Shown piece after piece: positions 50,107-58,420 of a stretch of 64,000 nt of DNA; position 1 is the first letter of the stretch; every line of letters starts with the position of its first letter. This DNA comes from an uncultured candidate division Zixibacteria bacterium (GTDB lineage: Bacteria; Zixibacteria; MSB-5A5; GN15; FEB-12): assembly GCA_963664195.1 (NCBI GenBank), contig OY760907.1, forward strand, positions 1 through 64,000, read 5' to 3'. The notes beneath the pieces are model-generated. The model worked only from the letters and a program-made list of their open reading frames with translations, made no database searches and was not told the origin of the DNA. The position numbers and the translations under genes are program-made.

Positions 50107-50667
50107 CTACGGACAGGCGGGCAGGGGATCGAGAGTGATGAACAAATGGTTGATCAGGGTCACCAGGTCTCCCATAGAGATTATACCGTCAGCACTCATG
50201 TCGACATTCGCCTCTTCCTCACACAACAATGGAGCGAGGGAAATAAACATGTGATCGATAAGGGCCACCAAATCCCCCATCGAAATCAGATTGTCTGCAG
50301 AGCCATCAACGTTACCAACTGAGGGTCCCGTACAACAACCAGCATTGTCAACGAAGTTCTGCCAGAACCCGGACTGGATCTGCCAGTTCGTCGAAGCACC
50401 ATACCCCACCGCACACTGACCAACAGTCCCGGCCATCTGCCAGTTGGTCGAGGTCCCTTCGCCACCACCACAGGCTATCACCTGCCACGGGATCGCTTCG
50501 CCAGCCTTTGTCGATGCCTCCGGCTCGGTGCCGGTCGACTTGGCTGACTGATCGAGCGACGCTCTGGAGTCGACCTGACGGTCCTCCGCGAAAACCGACG
50601 CGTTCTTCAGCAGGCATACGACCAATAGAATGAGCGCCAGATTCATGTATCTTCTTGCCACGTTCAT
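50107..50667 (-). CDS. Small secreted protein (GGG..S..W...GTVGQ..SGFW domain) with dockerin-like module
   Basis: AGGAG RBS, hydrophobic leader, WQVIACGGGEGTSTNWQMAGTVGQ..IQSGFW and a dockerin-like tail. Confidence 0.78.
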   Translation of the reverse strand: MNVARRYMNLALILLVVCLLKNASVFAEDRQVDSRASLDQSAKSTGTEPEASTKAGEAIPWQVIACGGGEGTSTNWQMAGTVGQCAVGYGASTNWQIQSGFWQNFVDNAGCCTGPSVGNVDGSADNLISMGDLVALIDHMFISLAPLLCEEEANVDMSADGIISMGDLVTLINHLFITLDPLPACP

Positions 50668-50723
50668 CTCTCCTGTCCCGGCATGTGGAAGCCGTTGCCT
50701 CTTAGCTGGCAATTTCGAGTATC

Positions 50724-51743
50724 TCATTTCTCATCTCCTTCGATCACTTCGCCCGCCTTGCCGACCTCATACGAAGTCGGGTAGTAGGTTGCAACCAGAC
50801 TGGCCGAACGACAGGCGATATACCCTCCGGTTCCAGAATACTGCACACCCTCCAGCCGATACGTGTACTCGCCACCGCTGGACACGTAGTAGACTCTCTG
50901 CACGCAGGCAGGCACCAGGAAATTCGAGCTTGCTACCGACGCCGGAATCTTGAAGAAGTTGCTCCAGTTCGGGTTGGCCGAAGAACCTCCCTCGGTCTCA
51001 TCAATCTGCAGCCAGCATCCCACATCACCGCTATTCCCGGAGGGGCCTAATCGACAGACACCGGTGAGGTGAATATACCCGCGAGCCGGTACGTCGATAG
51101 TAACTGTGCAGATATCAGCCGCGGTGCTGTCGCTCAGAGTTACCACCATCGTATACGCATAGGCAAGACCGGGTTCGTCGAGAGTCCTCGCGGCGTCCAC
51201 CGCATCGTAGTCAAGGTCGCTTGTCCCGATTGACCCGTTGAGGATTTCCGCCGAACCAATACTGGCGAAGGCGACATCCTCGGTCTCAATAGACCGATCG
51301 ACGATCTCTGCTCCGCTGATAGAATTGTCGGCGACCGCCAGCGCATACCCGGCGGTATCCGACCTGAGGGAGTGATTCGCCCACGCGGCGGCAGTAAGTT
51401 TGATTCTCGGGGACAATTCCGGGTCGGTACCGACCGAAATGCCAAGGTACAGGTCAGTGTGTCCCGAGAACAGATCTTCGGGCAGGGCGGTCGAATCGCC
51501 CAGCACATAGTTGAACAAACCGTTGGATACGGATACACCACGATAGGTTGAGTTCCAGAGTTCGGTGGCCCCCGCATCGGCATCGTCGTAAATGATGAAT
51601 TTCATCAGAAAAGTACCGTCGGCAGGAGCCCCCTCCGAATCCAGTAGTTTCCCCTGGTAAGACAGGGTGTGTGGGACTTCGGCAAGAACCGAAGCAGCCG
51701 ACAACAGCAATAGAATAAGAAAAGCGGCCAGAGTGTTTCTCAT
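50724..51743 (-). CDS. Secreted fibre-like protein (VP..LSYQG.L N-terminal domain, short I...I.D.SI repeats)
   Basis: Signal peptide MRNTLAAF, VPHTLSYQGKLLD..G, NGLFN..LG, ELSPR..L and 10-aa repeats. Confidence 0.72.
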   Translation of the reverse strand: MRNTLAAFLILLLLSAASVLAEVPHTLSYQGKLLDSEGAPADGTFLMKFIIYDDADAGATELWNSTYRGVSVSNGLFNYVLGDSTALPEDLFSGHTDLYLGISVGTDPELSPRIKLTAAAWANHSLRSDTAGYALAVADNSISGAEIVDRSIETEDVAFASIGSAEILNGSIGTSDLDYDAVDAARTLDEPGLAYAYTMVVTLSDSTAADICTVTIDVPARGYIHLTGVCRLGPSGNSGDVGCWLQIDETEGGSSANPNWSNFFKIPASVASSNFLVPACVQRVYYVSSGGEYTYRLEGVQYSGTGGYIACRSASLVATYYPTSYEVGKAGEVIEGDEK

Positions 51744-51973
51744 AAACAGTCTCCAATACGTTCCGAAAGTCGATTTCGATGTAAGTATCCGAGAGGATAT
51801 GCTCAAAATGTATGTGCTCAGAACAACGCGGGGTACACCTGTACCCGGCCGTTCTATCACTTAATATCGACTAAAACGCAGGATTTGCAAGCGGAAAAGG
51901 CCATCGTGGTCCCGTTTTGACCGAGACTGCTGAGGAGGTGCATATACTCGTGCAGTACTTCAGTAGGTAGTAC

Positions 51974-52013
51974 AAAAAAGACCGAAGCAGACTGCCCGTG
52001 TCTGCTCCGGTCT
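51974..52013 (-). terminator. Intrinsic terminator of the small-ORF operon
   Basis: AGACCG.AGCAGAC/GTCTGCT.CGGTCT stem plus T-tract. Confidence 0.8.
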
Positions 52014-52041
52014 GGGGAGGGTTATTAACAGAACCGAAAAT

Positions 52042-52374
52042 CTACATGGTGAAGAAGCGCTCGCCCTTCAGAATTTGATCCAGCATCTTGATAGATTTTT
52101 CAGTCGGCGACTGCATAATGTCTCCCTGGTGGAAGATGCTTCGGATCTTTTCACGGCGTCCCTTGCCGAAGATAAGATCCTCGGCTCTGGCTTTGCGCTT
52201 GTGTTTCAGGCTGTATTGTCTCTGATACTCCCGAGCCCGCTCACGGTTTTCACGGTAATATCTTCTCAAATACTCTTTGCGCTCGGGCGATGTCTCTGTT
52301 CTTGCCGACTGGCCGTTGTTGGCCCGGCTGGAATTGTCGTCTATTCTTAGATCTGACATGTGTACGTCTGTCAT
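52042..52374 (-). CDS. Hypothetical basic protein with an R/Y-rich helix
   Basis: RKEYLRRYYRENRERAREYQRQY. ATGA-coupled to the upstream ORF and followed by a terminator. Confidence 0.7.
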   Translation of the reverse strand: MTDVHMSDLRIDDNSSRANNGQSARTETSPERKEYLRRYYRENRERAREYQRQYSLKHKRKARAEDLIFGKGRREKIRSIFHQGDIMQSPTEKSIKMLDQILKGERFFTM

Positions 52375-52571
52375 AGTGAACCTCGACGTTTACGGTTTGG
52401 TGATGTTGATGCTATCAGGGCCGGTTTCAGCAACGCCGTAGTTGGCGGGCCATCCAGACGGCCGGAAATCCAGGCACAAAGAGACTGGACGGTTGTCTTA
52501 CGTGATACCGGTGGTTCCGCACCGATCTTTTCCATGTGCAGTCTCATCTTAGCTGTATCGTGCCGCGCCAT
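52371..52571 (-). CDS. Hypothetical 66-aa protein
   Basis: AGGGG RBS. Overlaps both neighbours, including an ATGA overlap. Confidence 0.45.
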   Translation of the reverse strand: MARHDTAKMRLHMEKIGAEPPVSRKTTVQSLCAWISGRLDGPPTTALLKPALIASTSPNRKRRGSL

Positions 52572-52992
52572 TCATTTCCCCTGATTTCATGTCCATGTGC
52601 GTACCGCCGGTCAAACCGTTCGCGTCAAGCGTCTCGAATGACCTTGGCTCCATCAAATTGGTGATCTTGCTGTCGAAATCACCGTCTGTCTTGTGAATAC
52701 CCGGGACGGCCGGCCCGTCTCCATCGTCTCCTACAATACCGGTCATCCCGCTGCCGCCCACGGTACTACCCTTACCGTAAACATGCTTCTTGAGAATCTC
52801 ATCCAGTACTTCGACTGAACGGATTTCGTGGGACATCTTCTCCTGATCGCGCTTGAGTTCCTGTCCAAGCCCGCTAATCAGGTCCGAAAGCCGGTTAACC
52901 TGTGCAAGTGTTTCCTGAAGCTGGCCAACATACACAGCCTGTTGAGCCATCTTCCGGGTGATCTGTTTGATCTGGTGGTAAGTTATCACCAA
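52549..52992 (-). CDS. Hypothetical protein with N-terminal coiled coil
   Basis: AAGGAG RBS before TTG/GTG. Heptad-like N-terminal half and Gly-rich tail. Confidence 0.65.
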   Translation of the reverse strand: MVITYHQIKQITRKMAQQAVYVGQLQETLAQVNRLSDLISGLGQELKRDQEKMSHEIRSVEVLDEILKKHVYGKGSTVGGSGMTGIVGDDGDGPAVPGIHKTDGDFDSKITNLMEPRSFETLDANGLTGGTHMDMKSGEMNGAARYS

Positions 52993-53089
52993 TCATTCTC
53001 CTTGTTCCTTCACGGCAATCGATTCATGCGTTATCGACGGCCAACTCATAAACCCCCTTTTGCCTTGGTGTCACACGGGGGCGGTTCAC

Positions 53090-53293
53090 CTACTCATCGG
53101 TCTCAGATCGCCTCCTTTCCCCGGTCACGGATCTGGGCTCATTGACTATGGAGTTCGGGTGTATCGCATCGGCTGAGACCGGGCAACGAAGATCTTCTCC
53201 AACCTTGCCGAGGAACTCGCGGCTTTTGTCGGACGTGGTGTCTTTCCCGGACATCAGCGTTCTGTTCTTACGAAAGAAAGGTACGATAAACAT
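53090..53293 (-). CDS. Hypothetical 67-aa protein
   Basis: AAGGA RBS before ATG and co-oriented with neighbours. No recognisable motif. Confidence 0.35.
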   Translation of the reverse strand: MFIVPFFRKNRTLMSGKDTTSDKSREFLGKVGEDLRCPVSADAIHPNSIVNEPRSVTGERRRSETDE

Positions 53294-53551
53294 TGCAATC
53301 CTTGGGTCGTCGCTCTGAGCTGTGGCACTTGGTGCCGACAGCCGGTTCTTCGAGGACTCAATACCGGAACAGTATCAGGATGCAGCGGGTCGAGCAGTAG
53401 TCGGGTGGCGGGAGGCGGCAAGTCAGCCGGTCCCGCAAAAATCAGCCTGTGTGATTACGTTGTTCTGGTTCTCTGTAACAGCATGACTCTTCCGTCAGGT
53501 CAGTAAGTCAGTAGCAACTCATCTCTCTTTTTTTGGTTCCGCCAGACTACA

Positions 53552-53764
53552 TTACACGTTGTAGCTGACGACTTCAGTTACCTTGGTCGGCCGGCTCGGC
53601 TGAGCCTTCTGCTTGCGCTTAAGAGTGGTGAAGCACGACTTGCAGCGCTTCGGGTCTCTCTTGTAGCCGCGGTCCGCGAAGTACTCAAGGGCATCGGCGG
53701 TGATTACGAACTCTTCTCCGCAATCCTTGCAAATCAACACTTTTGAAACGAATTCTGAAGCCAT
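53552..53764 (-). CDS. Zinc-ribbon domain protein (zf-trcl type)
   Basis: LICKDCGEEFV.TA....YF..RG....PKRCKSC. Confidence 0.85.
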   Translation of the reverse strand: MASEFVSKVLICKDCGEEFVITADALEYFADRGYKRDPKRCKSCFTTLKRKQKAQPSRPTKVTEVVSYNV

Positions 53765-54017
53765 GGTCTCTCTTCCTGGATCTCAGTGGCTCTCGTGGTA
53801 ACAGGATCGATAGCGAGCGAGGCGAAAACTCCGAGGTCGTCGCCTCGCTACGACCCAAACTACATCCCTGTCATCAATCACTTTTCCGGCCGCTTTCGCT
53901 TGCCGGTCATGTGACCGACTTCCCGTATGCTGACACCAAGGTAACCCGAATCATGGATTCGTCAATGAGGGTTAAATACGTATCGATTACGTAGTGTGGG
54001 TGTCGCAGGATTTGCGA

Positions 54018-56432
54018 CTAATGAGAACGAAGGAAAGTATTCAGATTGATGTCTTTGTTCTGGATACCGAGCTTCTTCCGAATCGACTCGCGATGTTTGT
54101 GAATCGTTAGCAGGGAGAGATTTAGCTCCTCAGATATCTGCTTTGAGGACATGCCATCCTCGATCAATTCGCAGATTTCCACCTCTCTCGCGGAGAGGTG
54201 TGAGTAGCGTGATTTGAACGGTTCTATTCGTGTTGACAGGACACCTTTGAGCTGTCTGTCCAGTTCATCCAGCTCCCGTTCCAAATCGTCCGGTGCAGAG
54301 TCGGCGAGAAGTGCCAGAGACTTCTTGAGCACAGCTTCCAAGTCGCTGTACAGCAACTCCTTAAACTCCGACTTCTCCTTTTCGATGTGTTTCAGGATTT
54401 GATTCAGAGTGATATTTTTCTCAGTGAGGGCGCGGCGTTCTGCAGTTAGCTCTTCTGTGGTTTTCCGCAACATGTCTTCAGTCACTTTGCGCTCGGTGAT
54501 GTCGGTAAAAACGGCAAATGCCCCGGCCATGCGACCACTCACATCGTAAGTCGCCTCCGGCGAAACAATCGTGGTTATGCTGGAGCCATCTTTCCTGACC
54601 CATTCAAGCTCATACGGTCCAGATTCCCCCTGACGCCGCTTGATTGCCTGCTCTTCGAGCTCCACCCTGCTCCTCGCACTCAGATGTACTTTCGGATCGG
54701 TGCCGATCAGTTCCTGCCTGGAATAACCGAGCATCTGACAGAATGCCACGTTCACAAACGTCAGAATTCCCTGTCCGTTACGTATTGCCAAACCCTCGGT
54801 CATGGTCTCGATCAAGCTGCGATAGTGTTCCTCTGATTCTCTAACAGCGTCTTCCATCCGTTTGCGTTCGCTAACATCGTCGAAAATCGAGACAATCTCC
54901 CCGGAAGGCAGCTTAAAGACGTAGTTCTCGACCCAGAAGGAAGTTCTCGCATCGTTATATTCCACAGCCGGGAGACGCACAGGTTCGCCCGTACGCCAGA
55001 CTCTCCCCATGACCTGGTAGAGCCCCAGTTCGAACGCCCCCGTAAAAGACTCACCCAGTGTTTTGCCAATGACGGCCTGCTTGTCAACCCGGCACACCGC
55101 CTCTCCGGCACTGTTAATATCATTGAGGATGAATTCGGCGCCATCGTCGACCGCAGAGTACACAGCCACGCCGCTGCTCATATGATCAAACAGCTCGCGG
55201 AACCGCTCTTCGGTCTCACGCAACGCCGCCTGGGCTTGATTGCGACGAGTAACATCCTGGAACACGACCTGCGAGGAAGGCTTTCCTCGAAAATCAACCG
55301 GTGAACCAACCGCCTCAATGTCGATTGCGGTGCCATCCATGCGGATCATCCTGGTTTCCCACTTGCCGGGCATGGCACGCCGGGCATACACTGCCTCGGC
55401 CCGCTCTATTCCAGCCTCGCGGAAGTCCGGATGCAGGATGTCCCAGATTGGCCGTCCGAGGAAATTCTCGCCGGAAATGCCACCCAGTAAGCGCGACGCC
55501 ACGGTGTTCATAAAAACGATCCTGCCCCCGCTGTGGACCATAATCGGAATCGGGGATCCGTCGACCAACGTGCGATACCGTTCTTCACTCTCCATGAGCT
55601 TACCGATAACATCCGTGCGCTCAGTTACATCCCTGACAATAGCCAGAATTCGCGGGTCATCATCAGTATCCATGCGACTCAGTGACACCTCGGCATCAAA
55701 CACGCCACCGTCGGAACGCAAGTGCTGCCACGCGAATACCTGCGGAGTTCCTCCTGAGGCCAACCCGATATGTTCTTCCGAAGCCTCAGCCGATTCTCTG
55801 CCGCCCGGCTGCAATTCTGGCGAGATCATGGCCGGAGTCATACTCAACAGTTCCTCGCGTGTGTATCCGAACATCTCTAACGTGCGGGGATTGCAGTCCA
55901 CAAACCGATCATCCTGCATCACGAAGATGGCATCGTAGGCATTTTCAAACAGGGTCTGATAGCGGGCCCTGCCGCCGGCTTCACCCGACATGTCACTCGA
56001 AGGCATATCCGCCGCTATCGTATAGACGGTGAGTGATCCCGATTCCATCGGGAAGCTATCCTTCCGATACGAAACGCTCTGTTCCTCACCATCCTTGATC
56101 GACAGCAAACCTCTCAGGGGCAAAGCAGTGCCGGAGGACGTGACATCGTTTTCGAGAGATTGCATGCGGTTTGACGACGGTTCAACCGCGAGCGATAGGA
56201 TAGTGTCAACCGGCTTCCCGGCGACATCGTCCACGGAGACGGCCGCCATAGCCTCAGCCGCAGAATTCAGAAATCGAATCGTGCCGCTAGTGTCCGCGAC
56301 AATCACCGCATTGCTCTGTAGCTCCAGAAACCGACAAAGCCCACCGGCGTCCCGCTCGAATGCCAGCGAAGCATCCGCACGGTCCGGCCTTCTTGAGGCC
56401 GAACGAAGCGTCAGTTTGGATTTAGGCTTCAT
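54018..56432 (-). CDS. One-component regulator: five PAS domains plus LuxR-type HTH
   Basis: Repeated R[YF]..L.[ED]...D[VI][TS]ER PAS/PAC units and C-terminal LSAREVEICELI..G.SSK.I...L..S..TI.KHR..IRKKLG. Start could be 56447. Confidence 0.92.
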   Translation of the reverse strand: MKPKSKLTLRSASRRPDRADASLAFERDAGGLCRFLELQSNAVIVADTSGTIRFLNSAAEAMAAVSVDDVAGKPVDTILSLAVEPSSNRMQSLENDVTSSGTALPLRGLLSIKDGEEQSVSYRKDSFPMESGSLTVYTIAADMPSSDMSGEAGGRARYQTLFENAYDAIFVMQDDRFVDCNPRTLEMFGYTREELLSMTPAMISPELQPGGRESAEASEEHIGLASGGTPQVFAWQHLRSDGGVFDAEVSLSRMDTDDDPRILAIVRDVTERTDVIGKLMESEERYRTLVDGSPIPIMVHSGGRIVFMNTVASRLLGGISGENFLGRPIWDILHPDFREAGIERAEAVYARRAMPGKWETRMIRMDGTAIDIEAVGSPVDFRGKPSSQVVFQDVTRRNQAQAALRETEERFRELFDHMSSGVAVYSAVDDGAEFILNDINSAGEAVCRVDKQAVIGKTLGESFTGAFELGLYQVMGRVWRTGEPVRLPAVEYNDARTSFWVENYVFKLPSGEIVSIFDDVSERKRMEDAVRESEEHYRSLIETMTEGLAIRNGQGILTFVNVAFCQMLGYSRQELIGTDPKVHLSARSRVELEEQAIKRRQGESGPYELEWVRKDGSSITTIVSPEATYDVSGRMAGAFAVFTDITERKVTEDMLRKTTEELTAERRALTEKNITLNQILKHIEKEKSEFKELLYSDLEAVLKKSLALLADSAPDDLERELDELDRQLKGVLSTRIEPFKSRYSHLSAREVEICELIEDGMSSKQISEELNLSLLTIHKHRESIRKKLGIQNKDINLNTFLRSH

Positions 56433-56874
56433 CTCATACAGTCCCACAAAAAGATCAGCGGGCTATCGTTGAAACCGGTTGCGCTAGTCCTGTTGAATCG
56501 TGCAGGTAAGAAAGCCGATGGCTTCCCCTGTCGTCTGCCCGGAGTAATCAGTAATACGTAAAACGTTCCCACAATGCTCAATGCCTATATATTGTTACGG
56601 AAAGAAACCGTATGGCAGTGGTATGAGATTGGCAAATGTTGTTCTGTTTTAGCTTACTCCGTCCCGTACGCAACACTCTCCCATTCACACTTCGAGCTAA
56701 CGACGACACGAGGCTGTGGCGGATGAGGTGCGACTCAACAGTCTGTCACGAGTCTCATGATGTCAGAATAGGCGAAGCTAGATGGCTCAATGATGTCCCT
56801 TACCTCCGTAAAAGATACGCACAACGCGGCCAGGTGTCAAGCCCTGAAATACGCATAAACGCATATAATGCAAC

Positions 56875-56904
56875 AAAATAGCCGGTAGCGTGGAGCTACC
56901 GGCT
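56875..56904 (-). terminator. Intrinsic terminator after the PEP-CTERM remnant
   Basis: AGCCGGTAGC/GCTACCGGCT 10-bp stem followed by ATTTTG on the minus strand. Confidence 0.8.
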
Positions 56905-56931
56905 GAAGTTTCGTAGTTTGATTATACGAAC

Positions 56932-57063
56932 TCATATTCGACGTCGTAAGATCACGAATCCAGTCAGGCCGAATATCATAAGCAGCAGGCTCGCCGGTTC
57001 CGGAGTAGCGATCACTCCTGCCGTCACACCATCGACCCCGCCGTTGTCGAATCCGACCATCAT
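56932..57063 (-). pseudogene. Orphan PEP-CTERM sorting-domain ORF/remnant (43 aa), absent from the ORF track
   Basis: MMVGFDNGGVDGVTAGVIA-TPEPASLLLMIFGLTGFVILRRRI*: PEP motif, TM helix and basic tail. No signal peptide. Confidence 0.75.
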
Positions 57064-57211
57064 CACTGCGCGATCAAGATGTGTATGATTCAAATGCTTT
57101 TGACTACTAAACGCCGAAACCTGTCAGACTGATAGAGCTTGGGATCCAGAATTGGTGAGACAGGGGCTAATATCGTGTTCTTTGTTCAGAAACGGGGCAA
57201 GACGAAGCGAT

Positions 57212-57949
57212 TCACTCATTGGGAATCGAGGTCGAGGGACAACAGTGTACCTTGACTTCACCTTTGTCCGTGTTTTCGAGAACAGGGCTGATATAGGGTA
57301 TGCCCAGTGACAGTCCGCGGAGGATGAACAGGACGGCCAGCACAATCGCTCCGATCGGCATGAGTTTGTTTAGACGACGCTTAAGCCGAACACCGATCAG
57401 GGCACCGAAGACGGATATGGCAAGCATCACCGGAAAGGTCCCGGCCCCAAACGTGGCCATGTACGCGGCTCCACCAACAGCCGTTCCGGTCGAGATCGCT
57501 CCGGCCAGGGCGACATAGACCAATCCGCACGGCAGGAAACCGTTGAGAAGGCCGATTACGAAAAGCGACCTGGTTGAACCGTCGCTGAACAGCCGTCCCC
57601 ACAGCTTCTTGATTCGTCCGACAAACCTCGTGTGCCATCCCTTTGGCGCGAGACGCGCGGCATACTTCGAGGGCAGGAAAACACCGATTAGCAGAAGAAC
57701 GCCGAGGCCAATCGAAACCCACCGTTGATACCCGGCCATGAGAAGAGTTCGCCCTATCAGGCCACAGATCAATCCGAGGAATGCGTAGGTGATAATCCGG
57801 CCCGTGTTGTAGGCAACTCTTCCGAAAACATGCCCCAATCGCGAGGGCTGTCCCGACGGCAGCACAACCGCTATCGGTCCACACATGCCGATGCAGTGCA
57901 GTGATCCGCCCAGTCCGAGAATCAGTGCCGTCCAAAGATCCATAGCCAT
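57212..57949 (-). CDS. cbb3 oxidase-associated membrane protein (DsbD_2 / TauE-SafE-like)
   Basis: SLHCIGMCGPI, YN.GR..TY and NGFLPCGLVY. Confidence 0.9.
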   Translation of the reverse strand: MAMDLWTALILGLGGSLHCIGMCGPIAVVLPSGQPSRLGHVFGRVAYNTGRIITYAFLGLICGLIGRTLLMAGYQRWVSIGLGVLLLIGVFLPSKYAARLAPKGWHTRFVGRIKKLWGRLFSDGSTRSLFVIGLLNGFLPCGLVYVALAGAISTGTAVGGAAYMATFGAGTFPVMLAISVFGALIGVRLKRRLNKLMPIGAIVLAVLFILRGLSLGIPYISPVLENTDKGEVKVHCCPSTSIPNE

Positions 57950-57955
57950 CTTCTC

Positions 57956-58420
57956 CTACTCAATAATGAGTATCTGCTCTGAAAAGTACCCCTCGGTGCC
58001 GTTCGCCCACGACACTCTTGTTCGCCACAACCCCTTGGCCATCTGCGCAGCGTCAATGTACTGGCGCCCGAGAGAATCAATTGCGACCGGAAACTCCCGA
58101 TCAAGTCCCGAGTTCGACGGTCGTACCATAACCACCGTACCTGACAGCGCCTGACCGACCGAATCCACGGGATAATCGATCAGGATCATTCCGGAGGGCC
58201 TGTCGTATGTGACCGACATCTGCCCACTCAATCGACTCGTGCGGTTCACACGGTCAATCTGATCCTGGTAGGCCAGTTCCTGCTGGTAGTAGTTTTCATC
58301 AACAAGCTCTATATCCTGATAAGACACAAAAAAGACCAGAGCCAGAATAAAAACGACAAAACCGCCGTACAGAAAGAATATACCTCTGCCCCAACCGGAC
58401 TCTTTGACCCGCTCGCTCAT
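57956..58420 (-). CDS. ccoH: FixH/CcoH family protein
   Basis: WG.GI..Y..FV..I, LV..NYY..EL.YQ..ID, RPS...D and G.W. Confidence 0.85.
   Translation of the reverse strand: MSERVKESGWGRGIFFLYGGFVVFILALVFFVSYQDIELVDENYYQQELAYQDQIDRVNRTSRLSGQMSVTYDRPSGMILIDYPVDSVGQALSGTVVMVRPSNSGLDREFPVAIDSLGRQYIDAAQMAKGLWRTRVSWANGTEGYFSEQILIIE

Noticed and set aside
52042..53293. Prophage or HNH endonuclease remnant
   Set aside because: The R/Y-rich helix resembles HNH N-termini, but there is no HNH/Cys motif, integrase, att site or phage structural gene.
56448..56810. Long leader of the PAS-LuxR gene as a riboswitch or ncRNA
   Set aside because: A TTGACA-N17-TATCTT promoter is visible at ~56811-56839, but I recognise no riboswitch consensus. 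An Rfam/Infernal scan would be needed.
56932..57345. TGA (Sec/readthrough) joining ORF 57124-57345 to the PEP-CTERM tail
   Set aside because: The upstream ORF is an out-of-frame overlap of the cbb3-associated gene with no signal peptide, and no SECIS-like hairpin is evident.
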